From an uncultured Pseudohongiella sp. (GTDB lineage Bacteria > Pseudomonadota > Gammaproteobacteria > Pseudomonadales > Pseudohongiellaceae): a DNA stretch of 64,000 bases. The notes under the pieces were generated by a model. It was given only the letters and a program-made list of their open reading frames with translations. It did not search any database and was not told the origin of the DNA. Shown here piece by piece: positions 39,045 through 48,622 of this stretch (within the stretch, counting starts at the first letter, position 1; each line of letters begins with the position of its first letter). The stretch lies in the NCBI GenBank assembly GCA_964616225.1, contig CAZTTE010000011.1:66164-130163 (forward strand), read 5' to 3'. Position numbers and translations under genes: made by a program.

Positions 39045-39833
39045 GGTACTGACAAGTTAACTCCCAATCTGCCAGTATTTGCTCCATGACTCAATCAAAA
39101 ATCTACAAGCGCCACCGATTCCCACCTGAAATCATTCAATATGCCGTATGGCTCTACCATAGGTTCAACCTTAGCCATCGAGACATAGAAGATCTTCTGG
39201 CTGAGCGAGGTATAATAGTCAGTTACGAAGCTATTCGCCTATGGTGCAATAAGTGTGGCCCTCAATATGCGCGTCGACTAAGGCAGAAACATCAAGGGTA
39301 TGGCGATACCTCCTTCATTGACGAGGTCTTCGTGAAGATCCAGGGTAAACAGCATTATCTGTGGAGAGCAGTTGACCAGGATGGTGATGTTATCGATGTG
39401 TTTCTTCAGAAGCGGCGAGATGGAAAGGCCGCAAAGCGCTTCTTTAAGCGGTTTTTGAAGAGTCATAAAGGTGAGCCTAGGAAAATTGTCACAGATAAAT
39501 TGGGGAGCTATCGTGTCGCTCACAGGGAGCTGATACCGGAAGTGATTCACGACACGAGCCAGTACGCGAACAATCGCGCTGAGTTATCGCATGAGCCGAC
39601 ACGAGTTAGAGAGCGGGGGATGCGCAAGTTTAAATCGATGGAGCAGGCGCAACGATTCTTGAATATACACGCAGTGGTTTATAACTTGTTCAATCTTGGT
39701 CGGCATTTGGTGTCTGCGGAGAACTATCGATATTTCCGCCTACGCGCTTTTACGTCTTGGGGAAAAGCAGTTGCGGCGTAAAATGTATGGAACAGTAATT
39801 TTTGTCGATTTTGAAGGTTAACTTGTCAATACC
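39045..39833 (+). mobile_element. IS6-family insertion sequence (789 bp)
   Basis: Terminal inverted repeats GGTACTGACAAGTTAAC (39045-39061) and, on the complement, GGTATTGACAAGTTAAC (39817-39833), 16 of 17 matching. They enclose a single transposase gene. The flanking 8-mers CCTTCGAT and GACTGTCA do not match, so there is no target-site duplication. Confidence 0.85.
39086..39781 (+). CDS. IS6-family DDE transposase
   Basis: N-terminal KRHRFPPEIIQYAVWLYHRFNLSHRDIEDLLAERGI.VSYEAI..W. DDE residues in FIDEVFVKI, IVTDKLGSY and NNRAELSHEPTRVRER. Length of 231 aa fits the family. Confidence 0.9.
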   Translation: MTQSKIYKRHRFPPEIIQYAVWLYHRFNLSHRDIEDLLAERGIIVSYEAIRLWCNKCGPQYARRLRQKHQGYGDTSFIDEVFVKIQGKQHYLWRAVDQDGDVIDVFLQKRRDGKAAKRFFKRFLKSHKGEPRKIVTDKLGSYRVAHRELIPEVIHDTSQYANNRAELSHEPTRVRERGMRKFKSMEQAQRFLNIHAVVYNLFNLGRHLVSAENYRYFRLRAFTSWGKAVAA

Positions 39834-40053
39834 GACTGTCAAATCGACATGCAACGTATCCAATTGTCGTCGCTTGAGCCAGGACATGTATCATCTTGGT
39901 TTAAATTTCGTAGCTCTTTCAGAATCTGACGAGGAAAAAGTTAGCGAATACCTAAGCCATAGCGCGGCTGCTTAACAGCTTGCGATTAGTCGTTTCCAGA
40001 TCGAGTTAATCCACAAGTCTCGGATTTTCATTCCCTACATAATCCATTATTAT

Positions 40054-41250
40054 GTGTCTATGAGAATCCCTCGTGTCTTATTGGTTTCTTTTGGCCTTAT
40101 CCTGGCTTTAAGTTCTCCCTCGTACGCTCAAGACCAGTCCTTTGATGAATGGCTGCAAGATCTGCGTGCCGAGGCCTTAAGTCTGGGCATTAGTGAATCC
40201 ACGCTACTGGCCCTGAATGATCTCGAGGCACCGCTGGAAAGAGTTTTGCAACTGGATAACAGCCAGCCGGAATTTGTGCAAACCTTTACCCGTTATTTGT
40301 CATTGCGAATAACGGCCAACCAGATTAGTCGCGGCCAGAGCCTGATAAGGCAACATGCAGGATTGTTAGAAGAAGTCCGCCAGCGTTATGGTGTGCAGCC
40401 TCACTATCTCGTCGCGTTCTGGGCAGTTGAAAGTAATTATGGGCGATCCACCGGTGGTTTTTCAGTGCTGCAGGCCCTGGCGACCCTGGCATATGATCCC
40501 CGGCGTTCTGTTTTCTTTCGCAGGGAATTACTGACCGCATTACAGATAATCGATGATGGGCATATAGTGGCGGAAAATATGAGTGGGTCCTGGGCTGGTG
40601 CCATGGGGCAACTGCAATTCCTTCCTTCGGTTTTTTACGAATACGGAATCGATGGGGATAACGATGGGCGGGTAGATATCTGGAACAGCTTGCCAGACAT
40701 TTTTCATTCGGCGGCAAATTTTCTCAACAACCTCGGTTGGCGCGGGGATGAACGCTGGGGTAGGGAAGTGCTACTGCCCGGTGATTTTGATTATTCCATG
40801 GCCGGAACCCGGACTCGTAAACCTTTGCAGGAGTGGCAGGATCTGGGCATAATCCTGGTTGATGGCAGCCCGATTCCTGTAGCCAACATGAATGCTTCTG
40901 TAGTTATTCCGGCAGGAGCTGCAGGGCCAGCATTTCTCGGCTACCAGAACTTCCGTGCCACTATGGGGTATAACCCGTCAACCTTTTACGCACTTACGGT
41001 CGGGCACCTTGCTGATCGCTATACCGGCGCTGGTCCGATTCAGAGAATGCCGGAAAACGAAACCGCAATGAGTGTGGCCGATGTCAGGGAATTGCAGGAA
41101 TTGCTAAATGCCTCTGGCTTCGACTCTGGTGAACCGGATGGACGCGTGGGCAGGCAAACCCGGGCGGCGATACGTGCCTATCAGGAAAGCATTAATCTTC
41201 CCATGGATGGTTATGCGTCTACACAAATTCTTGAAAATTTGCGAAATTAA
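40054..41250 (+). CDS. lytic murein transglycosylase (MltB-like) with C-terminal peptidoglycan-binding domain
   Basis: Signal peptide. LVAFWAVESNYG catalytic-Glu context, GAMGQLQFLPS, and a PG_binding_1-like tail (VRELQELLNASGFDSGEPDGRVGRQTRAAIRAYQ). Confidence 0.8.
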   Translation: MSMRIPRVLLVSFGLILALSSPSYAQDQSFDEWLQDLRAEALSLGISESTLLALNDLEAPLERVLQLDNSQPEFVQTFTRYLSLRITANQISRGQSLIRQHAGLLEEVRQRYGVQPHYLVAFWAVESNYGRSTGGFSVLQALATLAYDPRRSVFFRRELLTALQIIDDGHIVAENMSGSWAGAMGQLQFLPSVFYEYGIDGDNDGRVDIWNSLPDIFHSAANFLNNLGWRGDERWGREVLLPGDFDYSMAGTRTRKPLQEWQDLGIILVDGSPIPVANMNASVVIPAGAAGPAFLGYQNFRATMGYNPSTFYALTVGHLADRYTGAGPIQRMPENETAMSVADVRELQELLNASGFDSGEPDGRVGRQTRAAIRAYQESINLPMDGYASTQILENLRN

Positions 41251-41331
41251 ACGCGCATTGCAGTAACACTTCCTCTGGTTTATGCTTGCGCCGCCTAATT
41301 CCAGCAGGCTCTTTGCCAGCAAAGTAAACCC

Positions 41332-42366
41332 ATGAACAGTCCAGCAGCTTCAATAAACACTGATCAATCCCTGTTTCGTTTTCGGCGCATAGCCTTGATT
41401 ACCCTCGCCGCCGTGTATTTCCTTATTCTGGTAGGAGCGAGTGTGCGCGCTTCCGGAGCGGGTATGGGTTGTCCCGACTGGCCAACCTGCTTCGGACAAT
41501 GGATCCCGCCGACCCATGAGTCCCAGTTGCCCAGTAATTACCAGGAAATTTACGCCGACCTGGGTTATGCCGAAACGCGCTTTAATGTAGTCAAGACCTG
41601 GACCGAATACACCAATCGCCTGATAGGCGTCACCATTGGCTTTCTGATATTTCTTACGGTTTTATATTCATGGCCCTTGCGCCGCTTCAACAATTCCATC
41701 TTTATCGCTTCGGTGGCCGCATTCCTGATGGTGGGTTTCCAGGGCTGGTTGGGAGCAAAGGTGGTCAGTTCTAATCTACAGCCTGGCATGATTACACTCC
41801 ATATGTTGATGGCATTGGCCGTCGTTGGGGCGCTGCTGTTTGCGCTGGCGGAAGCGAGAAGAGGCGTAATGGCCACACAACCTGTGACCGGTATCGATCC
41901 ACGATTTAAGTCATGGCTTTATATAGTGCTGGGAATGACAGTGCTTCAGGTTGCCATGGGTACCCAGGTAAGGGAGATGACAGATTTTATTCGAGAAGCT
42001 CAGGGCGAGGCTGCGAGGTCCAGCTGGATTGAAGCCATGCCCTGGTTCTTTCTGGTGCACCGTTCATTCTCTGCTTTAGTGCTGTTGGCAAATTTATGGC
42101 TGGCCCGCTTAATCGTTATCTCCCTGGGCTGGCAACACGTCCTGACCCGGCTTACATTTGCCATGATTTTGGTGATCGGATTATCGGTGCTATCCGGGGC
42201 TACCCTGGGGCACCTGGGTATGCCTGCCCTGGTACAGCCTACTCATTTACTGGCCGCAGCCTTGTTGTTTGGTCTGCAGTTTTTAATCTGGATGAGTTAT
42301 CGCCATTCCATGGATAGTGCGCCGGAGGATCGGGTCAGCAACTTAAGGAGCCAGGTACACCATTAA
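41332..42366 (+). CDS. ctaA: heme A synthase (COX15/CtaA family)
   Basis: GAGMGCPDWPTCFGQW motif, multiple TM helices, and conserved His residues (TLHMLMA, LVHRSFS). Confidence 0.8.
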   Translation: MNSPAASINTDQSLFRFRRIALITLAAVYFLILVGASVRASGAGMGCPDWPTCFGQWIPPTHESQLPSNYQEIYADLGYAETRFNVVKTWTEYTNRLIGVTIGFLIFLTVLYSWPLRRFNNSIFIASVAAFLMVGFQGWLGAKVVSSNLQPGMITLHMLMALAVVGALLFALAEARRGVMATQPVTGIDPRFKSWLYIVLGMTVLQVAMGTQVREMTDFIREAQGEAARSSWIEAMPWFFLVHRSFSALVLLANLWLARLIVISLGWQHVLTRLTFAMILVIGLSVLSGATLGHLGMPALVQPTHLLAAALLFGLQFLIWMSYRHSMDSAPEDRVSNLRSQVHH

Positions 42367-42388
42367 ATTGCGAGGTGTAGTTTAGTCC

Positions 42389-43657
42389 ATGACCAATAAA
42401 GAATTCGACATAGTAGTTTTTGGTGCAACCAGTTTTGTTGGAAAAATACTTTGTGAATACCTGGTTGGTGAGCACCTCGAACCTAATCTGAATTGGGCAA
42501 TGGCGTCCAGGTCAATGGCAAAGCTCGACAAGTTAAAGGAAGAGCTGGGTTCAACTGCTACCGAAATTCCGCTGATTATTGCCGATTCGTTTGATGAGCA
42601 AGCACTAATTGATCTATGCGCCAGAACCCATGTAGTCATCTCTACAGTTGGGCCTTATGCACTCTATGGCGATTTGCTGGTTAAAGTATGTGCGGAGAAT
42701 GGTACAGATTACTGTGATCTGACTGGCGAGGCACAATGGATTCGTCGCATGATTGCAGCTCATGAGGAAACGGCAAAAGCTTCCGGTGCAAGAATTGTCA
42801 ATTGCTGCGGATTCGATTCTATTCCTTCGGATATGGGGGTTAAATTTTTACAACAACATGCCCAGTCCAACTTCGGCAAATTTTGTGACAAAGTCCATAT
42901 GCGCGTGAAAGCAACCAAGGGTGGAGCTTCAGGTGGCACGATTGCCAGTGCCATTAATATTTATAAGGAAGCTGCAAAAGATCCCGACTTGCGCAAAGAA
43001 CTTCAGGATTACTACTCATTGTGTCCTCCATCCCATGGCAACGAAGTTAAACAGAAGTCCGTTGGCCTCGAGTACGATGAAGATTTTAGCTCCTGGGTGG
43101 CCCCCTTCCTCATGGCAGGAATTAATATGCGAATCGTGTTGCGCAGCAATGCCATCGCAAAAACAGCTTATGCTCCACAGTTTGAATACAATGAAGCGAC
43201 CCTGACAGCAGATGGTAAGGAAGGTGAAAAGAAAGCGAAAGGCCTGACACGATTCTCCAAGATTGGACCTGTGCTATTAGCCATTCCTCCGATCCGGGCA
43301 TTATTGACTACTTTTTTCCTGCCAAAGCCAGGCCAGGGTCCCAGCCCCGAAGAGCAAAAAGCGGGATTTTTTGATTTTCGTTTTGTTGGTAAAACCGGGC
43401 AAGGGGATGAAATAAGGGTAAAAGTAACCGGAGACAGGGATCCCGGTTATGGATCCTCCGCGAAAATGCTCGCACAAGCCGGAATAAGTCTGAGACGAGA
43501 TGTCGATAAGAGTGTAGTTGGCGGCGGATTTTGGACTCCTGCCACTGCTTACGGCGACAGGCTCATAGAAAGATTGCAGTCTTACGCTGGATTCACTTTT
43601 GAATTACAGTCTGTGACTTCGGCACTGCACGAAGAAGTTAACGCAGAAGTAGAATAA
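42389..43657 (+). CDS. saccharopine dehydrogenase-like NAD(P)-binding oxidoreductase
   Basis: Rossmann N-terminus FDIVVFGATSFVGKILCEYL. VVISTVGPYALYG, YCDLTGE, CGFDSIPSD. Confidence 0.7.
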   Translation: MTNKEFDIVVFGATSFVGKILCEYLVGEHLEPNLNWAMASRSMAKLDKLKEELGSTATEIPLIIADSFDEQALIDLCARTHVVISTVGPYALYGDLLVKVCAENGTDYCDLTGEAQWIRRMIAAHEETAKASGARIVNCCGFDSIPSDMGVKFLQQHAQSNFGKFCDKVHMRVKATKGGASGGTIASAINIYKEAAKDPDLRKELQDYYSLCPPSHGNEVKQKSVGLEYDEDFSSWVAPFLMAGINMRIVLRSNAIAKTAYAPQFEYNEATLTADGKEGEKKAKGLTRFSKIGPVLLAIPPIRALLTTFFLPKPGQGPSPEEQKAGFFDFRFVGKTGQGDEIRVKVTGDRDPGYGSSAKMLAQAGISLRRDVDKSVVGGGFWTPATAYGDRLIERLQSYAGFTFELQSVTSALHEEVNAEVE

Positions 43658-43660
43658 GTT

Positions 43661-45034
43661 TTAGAAAGTGAACGTGCTTCCTATATAGAAAAACTTCGGG
43701 TTCTTGTCGCTGAGGTTTGTTGCATCCAGGTAGATTCCGCCGGTTTCAATTCTTAGATTACCAGGAATAACATCCCATCTGAGCCTGAGTTGTAAATGCT
43801 GCCCGAGATAGCGTCCGCTCTCACCGGTTCTGTCACGTAATCCGGTACGTCCCCAGGTGTCCTGGGGGTCTGCTAACCAGAAATGCCTGTAGGAAGTCAT
43901 AAGGCTTAGGTCATCTCTAAGATCAGCGAACAATCGAATTCCTGGTGTAAAAATATTGCTTCTATTGAATGGGTCGTAAAGGCTTACTACGCCGAATTCG
44001 AATGTGGTTGGTCCAAACAAGGAATCGAAACGTTCATTGTCCTGGTCGTAAGGATTGTTATCGCCACTGGCATAATCCATTTCAAACTGAATGCGTAGAT
44101 TTAATGGATTATCGAAACTGTATCCGAGCATTGCATACTGGAAGAATGCGCGATGATCTAAATCGGTTATATCGCTGGCCGAGCTGGAAGCTCTTCGTTC
44201 GCCAAATTGGTAAATCGTTTCGATTTCATATTCTATCTCACCAGCAGAGGGTCCTTTTCTTAATCGAAATCCAATTGAATCGAAATCACGATTTCTGGTA
44301 CGCACATCGCTGGTATCTTTTTCCCGGAGGGAGTAGTAGAAAAATTCAGTGGTAAATCTATCGAACAGATTGGGCAGGGTGGTATGGAATCCGAAGAAGC
44401 GCTGGGCTTCACTGGATTCATCTGCCTGGTATTTGTTATCCAGAAGATTCGTGAAATCACCAGGTAATCTGCGCACAATCTCGGTGGCCATGAATCGTGT
44501 ATGGATTCCATCGGGTCCATCGTGATGTACAACTACGCCATCAAAGGCGTTAATCGCATTTCGATAGCGATTGCGCGCCATCAATCTACGGCTGCCCCAG
44601 TCCTCTGTAAAACGACCGACTCTTACCCAGGTATTTCCTGCAGAACCAAATCGATAACCAATATTCGCCTGCAGAAAGTCACGCGCATTTACCGTACGGC
44701 CTTTAAGAATACTGTCCCGGTCGGCTAATTCCTGGCGAATATCGGCAAACTCAATCTGGGCGGTGAATCCATCATTGTTGTACTGAGCATTCAGAATGGT
44801 GCGCAGCGCAAGCACCTGATCGTTGGCACTGGCGCCGGACTGCACATTGTCTGCTATGTTTTCGAAACGGGTTCTCTGAATCAGGCCAAGACTAAATCCG
44901 TCCCCTAATCCCATTGAATTACTAATTCGGTAAGGGCCTTCTGCGGCTATTACGAAAGCGGCATTCGAAATTAGCAGAACACCTAGAAAACAGGACAGAA
45001 TTGACCTGGGGATTTTCATTTGCAACTTAAACAT
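43661..45034 (-). CDS. outer-membrane beta-barrel porin (alginate-export-like, tentative)
   Basis: Signal peptide. Alternating beta-strand pattern throughout. C-terminal aromatic signature ...FFYIGSTFTF. Confidence 0.55.
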   Translation of the reverse strand: MFKLQMKIPRSILSCFLGVLLISNAAFVIAAEGPYRISNSMGLGDGFSLGLIQRTRFENIADNVQSGASANDQVLALRTILNAQYNNDGFTAQIEFADIRQELADRDSILKGRTVNARDFLQANIGYRFGSAGNTWVRVGRFTEDWGSRRLMARNRYRNAINAFDGVVVHHDGPDGIHTRFMATEIVRRLPGDFTNLLDNKYQADESSEAQRFFGFHTTLPNLFDRFTTEFFYYSLREKDTSDVRTRNRDFDSIGFRLRKGPSAGEIEYEIETIYQFGERRASSSASDITDLDHRAFFQYAMLGYSFDNPLNLRIQFEMDYASGDNNPYDQDNERFDSLFGPTTFEFGVVSLYDPFNRSNIFTPGIRLFADLRDDLSLMTSYRHFWLADPQDTWGRTGLRDRTGESGRYLGQHLQLRLRWDVIPGNLRIETGGIYLDATNLSDKNPKFFYIGSTFTF

Positions 45035-45346
45035 AGCTTTGGCGCTGCTTTATAGCATTTATTACAGGAAACAAGAAATCGACCGTGGCTAAATAGCGGA
45101 TTTTCATCATGGGTGGTGAAAACCGCTACCTGCTTTTATGCAGCTTGTAGAAAAAGATAACAAAAACAATAGATTACAGAAAGGCATGGATTATGTATAG
45201 CTATAAGCGAAGAGTAATTAGCTCGACATGGCGAGAAAGGACTGTTGCACTCTATTTGGGTTAAGGCATTTGTAACTTTGTTTGAATTCGAGGCGTCTAA
45301 CTCATGAAACCCAAAAAGGGTCTTCATGTTAAGGGTTTTTGCGCTT

Positions 45347-45396
45347 GGTTTCGGCTACAGGCCCGATCCTTTTGACCTGTAGCCGAACCTTTTTTC
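45347..45396 (+). terminator. strong plus-strand rho-independent terminator with no annotated gene upstream
   Basis: 12-bp perfect stem TTCGGCTACAGG / CCTGTAGCCGAA, extended by GG/CC across a 1-nt bulge. 14-nt loop, then TTTTTT. The complement is not followed by a T-run. Confidence 0.65.
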
Positions 45397-45452
45397 TATT
45401 GTTAGCCTCTACCCAGTGCGTGTTAATTTGCAGCAAGCGTGTTTGATTTGTT

Positions 45453-45782
45453 TTGGAGATAACTATGGATATCGATCCAGCAAAGGTAAATGAAAAAGTA
45501 GAGGAACTATGGCCGCAGTTTAGAAGACTCTTGGTTCTTCAGGTCAAACTCTATATTGATGCCTTTCGCGATATTTTATTAAGTGCCGTCACCCTTGGTG
45601 CATTCCTTATCGATGTTGTCCAGCGTAATTCTGGGTCTGATTGTTATTTCGAAAAGGTTCTTGCCTTTGGTCGGAAGACAGAAAGAACAATAAATCTCTT
45701 TAATCAATACGATCCTGAATTCCAGGGGCCTCATACTGTCGATGGTGTAATCAATGATCTTGAAGATCGTTTCAGGAGTTAA
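45453..45782 (+). CDS. small hypothetical membrane protein
   Basis: Open frame with one or two hydrophobic segments (LLVLQVKLYIDAFRDILLSAVTLGAFLIDVV). An ATG at 45465 is an alternative to the TTG at 45453. Confidence 0.5.
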   Translation: MEITMDIDPAKVNEKVEELWPQFRRLLVLQVKLYIDAFRDILLSAVTLGAFLIDVVQRNSGSDCYFEKVLAFGRKTERTINLFNQYDPEFQGPHTVDGVINDLEDRFRS

Positions 45783-45924
45783 GGCGGCTCTGGAATTACT
45801 GATTTCTCCAGCGCAATAGTTTACTCTTCACGGCTGCACAATATTTTTTCACTGGAGTGCTATACAGGCTATATCTGGGAAAGTGGGCATTATTCGAATT
45901 TTGTAATTTGAATATTGTTCGGGT

Positions 45925-47061
45925 ATGGTCATAAGAGCACTCAGACAAAACATCAGGTGGGAAGACGTGCCAAATCCACTCCTGCTTTTTGCAGCGCAAA
46001 TTGTTGCCATTTTCTCAGTCATTCTTCTTGCGGCGGGCTATCTGAAAACCGATCCCAAAGCTAATAGCGCCCGTGTATTTGGATTGATCGCGGTGTTTGT
46101 CGTTCTGTATCTGCTAAATGGCATGACGGCAGATCACATCGACCCTCAGTTCCAGTTGGACTTGTCGGTCTGGAACTTCTTTATCACCGTTGGTACGAAC
46201 ACTATTGCCGGATTGTTCATGATTTATTGCTTCCTGATTTTCCAGGAAGGAGAGAAATTTCCCTTAACCCTGGGTGTGGCCTTTGGCTTACAGATATTAC
46301 TCGACGCGATTATCACGTTTCTGGATTTATCCGAGGGTGCAGCCTCTTTGGCAGGAACACTGAGCATGCTCAGCACAGCACTGGATGTGCTAATGCTCGT
46401 ATTCGTCGGATTTGCTATTTACTGGACACTTAAAGGCTGGCGCGCGGACCTGGTGGCAGACAGGCGTATCCTGCGCTGGTTTATAATCAGTGTGCAGGGC
46501 ACACTGATTTTCGCCGTGGTTTTCATCGAAAACTTTCTTCTGACCGGCGGTTCTGGCAGCAATGCAACAGAACAGGCAGTAATCGTATTTTCGATTGCAT
46601 TGCTTACGTTCGGTATGTTGTTGGTGGCTTTACGCTTCGATTTTGTGTCCCTGAGTTACGTCATTAGAAAGGTTGCTGAGCTTACCGAAGATAAAGTGGA
46701 AGAAGGCTCGGTCACATTCGATGCCGAAAGTTTTAACAAGGTTTTTAAAGAAGGTCAGCTCTATCGAGAGGCCGGCCTGACAATTTCCATGCTGGCTAAG
46801 AAACTGAATATGCCGGAGTATCGATTACGAGCCTTTATTCACAAACAGTTAGGATTCCGGAACTTTAACGCCATGCTGCATCAATACCGAATCGAAGATG
46901 CCAGTAGTGCCCTATCAGACAGTGAAAACCTGAACGTGCCAGTACTAACCATTGCCTTATCAGTCGGTTACCAATCGACCACCCCCTTTAACAATGCATT
47001 CCGGGAAATCAAGGGCGTTACTCCCTCCGAATACCGGAAAAAGATGCGGCAGAACCACTAG
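45925..47061 (+). CDS. membrane-embedded (about 7 TM) AraC-family transcriptional regulator
   Basis: Seven hydrophobic segments in the first 235 aa or so. The C-terminal AraC HTH_18 region reads ISMLAKKLNMPEYRLRAFIHKQLG...IALSVGYQSTTPFNNAFREIKGVTPSEYRKK. Confidence 0.75.
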   Translation: MVIRALRQNIRWEDVPNPLLLFAAQIVAIFSVILLAAGYLKTDPKANSARVFGLIAVFVVLYLLNGMTADHIDPQFQLDLSVWNFFITVGTNTIAGLFMIYCFLIFQEGEKFPLTLGVAFGLQILLDAIITFLDLSEGAASLAGTLSMLSTALDVLMLVFVGFAIYWTLKGWRADLVADRRILRWFIISVQGTLIFAVVFIENFLLTGGSGSNATEQAVIVFSIALLTFGMLLVALRFDFVSLSYVIRKVAELTEDKVEEGSVTFDAESFNKVFKEGQLYREAGLTISMLAKKLNMPEYRLRAFIHKQLGFRNFNAMLHQYRIEDASSALSDSENLNVPVLTIALSVGYQSTTPFNNAFREIKGVTPSEYRKKMRQNH

Positions 47062-47415
47062 AGACAGGCGTTACAATCAGCCACATTGCGGCTGTAGATT
47101 TTCGCTTTTCCCTTCGATATTCTTGCGTAGGCTAATGAAATAAGGCCATTCGGTTAATAAAAATTACTGAAACCTGGCTATAAGGCCGATATAAAAACGA
47201 TAAACAGAAACAAGCGCCATTAGAAGAAAATAGTAACGAAGAATAAGAAACCAAAATTCAGAACTCCAAATATTCCCAACTATCTGATTAGTCTCTATGA
47301 GAGGGTAGCTGTGGCTTGGGTAAACTTCTGGATAGTTAGAATGCTGAGTTAATGCCTATACCGTTGTGGGTTATGGGCATCTGTTAAGAGCCAGAGAAGG
47401 GCGGAGGTTCCATCA

Positions 47416-47985
47416 GTGGACGAACTTATTTACAACATTGCGATATGGTTTGACGACACCCGTTGGAGCACCATGCTGCATGAATCCTATTACATGTATA
47501 ACTGGGTTGAATCCACCCATGTTTTAACTTTGATGCTAAGTCTTGGCATACTCTTCTTGATAGACCTGAGAATGCTGGGCTATGCCTTTCCTGACGTACC
47601 AGCTTCCAAGATTGCCAATCGCCTGAATATGCCTATGTTAGTTGGGTTCACCGTGATGTTTATTACCGGGATTTTGCTGTTTTACGCAGTGCCTGTCAGA
47701 ACCTCGCAAAGCGTCTGGTTTCGTATCAAGATGGTGCTCTTAGTGGCCTGTGCCGTCAACGCCTACTTGTTCCACAAGCGAATGAATGAATCAGTATCCA
47801 GCTGGGATAATGATGCCCGGGCGCCAAAACGGATGAGAACCGGCGCGATTTTATCCTTGGGATTCTGGTCAATTATTGTGATGTGCGGGCGCTTTATTGC
47901 CTACGATTGGTATGACTGCCAGTATGATCAATCTGCATTCATCGATTTCATGGCAGGTTGTGTTGACGGACAAACCAGATTTTAA
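47416..47985 (+). CDS. integral membrane protein, unknown family (paralogue of 48024..48608)
   Basis: Four or five TM helices. Shares with its neighbour a His in TM2 (STHVLTL), D.RMLG....DVP, TGI and a C-terminal GRFIAY. GTG start. Confidence 0.65.
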   Translation: MDELIYNIAIWFDDTRWSTMLHESYYMYNWVESTHVLTLMLSLGILFLIDLRMLGYAFPDVPASKIANRLNMPMLVGFTVMFITGILLFYAVPVRTSQSVWFRIKMVLLVACAVNAYLFHKRMNESVSSWDNDARAPKRMRTGAILSLGFWSIIVMCGRFIAYDWYDCQYDQSAFIDFMAGCVDGQTRF

Positions 47986-48023
47986 AGAAAAGATAATCTT
48001 CTTACTGATTTAAGGAGTTAAGA

Positions 48024-48608
48024 ATGCCCACTGCAATATTGGGACCTTATACAAGAACAATTATTACCGTTGCTGTTATTGCAGCGACATTAATTTTCAG
48101 TTTCACCTACGCTCGTATTAATGTGTATACCGAGTTGATGCCATTCTTTGAGTGGATGGAAACTACCTGGTTTGGTTATGTTGGGAAAACCTGGGGTGGG
48201 GCTTTTGCAACTATACAGACAGGACACCTCATTGGCCTGGGTGTATTGGGTGGCTGTGTTTTGGTAAGTGATGGCAGATTGTTGGGGCTTATTCTCAATG
48301 ATGTACCTCATACTAAGGTTGTGGAGAGGGCTGATAAGGTTTTTTACTGGGCCCTGGTCACGCTGCTTGCTACCGGCATTTTCATGGCATGCGGTGTCGC
48401 TATGAAAGTCTATTACTTGCCTGTTTACTGGTACAAGATGCTCGCATTAGTGGCAGGTATGCTATTTCACTATTGTGTGCGCAGACCTTTGGTGGCGCAC
48501 GATCTTGAGTCTATAAATCCAATCGTCTTGAAGATGACTGCGATTGCATCAATCCTGGTTTGGTTCCTGGTAGCAGCGACTGGCCGTTGGATTGGGTTTA
48601 GCGGATAG
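48024..48608 (+). CDS. integral membrane protein, unknown family (paralogue of 47416..47985)
   Basis: AAGGAG SD. Equivalent motifs TGHLIGL, DGRLLG....DVP, TGI, GRWIGF. Confidence 0.65.
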   Translation: MPTAILGPYTRTIITVAVIAATLIFSFTYARINVYTELMPFFEWMETTWFGYVGKTWGGAFATIQTGHLIGLGVLGGCVLVSDGRLLGLILNDVPHTKVVERADKVFYWALVTLLATGIFMACGVAMKVYYLPVYWYKMLALVAGMLFHYCVRRPLVAHDLESINPIVLKMTAIASILVWFLVAATGRWIGFSG

Positions 48609-48622
48609 GGTAGGAGAAGATA

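Noticed and set aside
45136-45327. A 63-aa minus-strand ORF in the porin upstream region.
   Set aside because: No SD, a Cys/Ser/Asn-rich implausible sequence, and it lies within the putative promoter or sRNA region.
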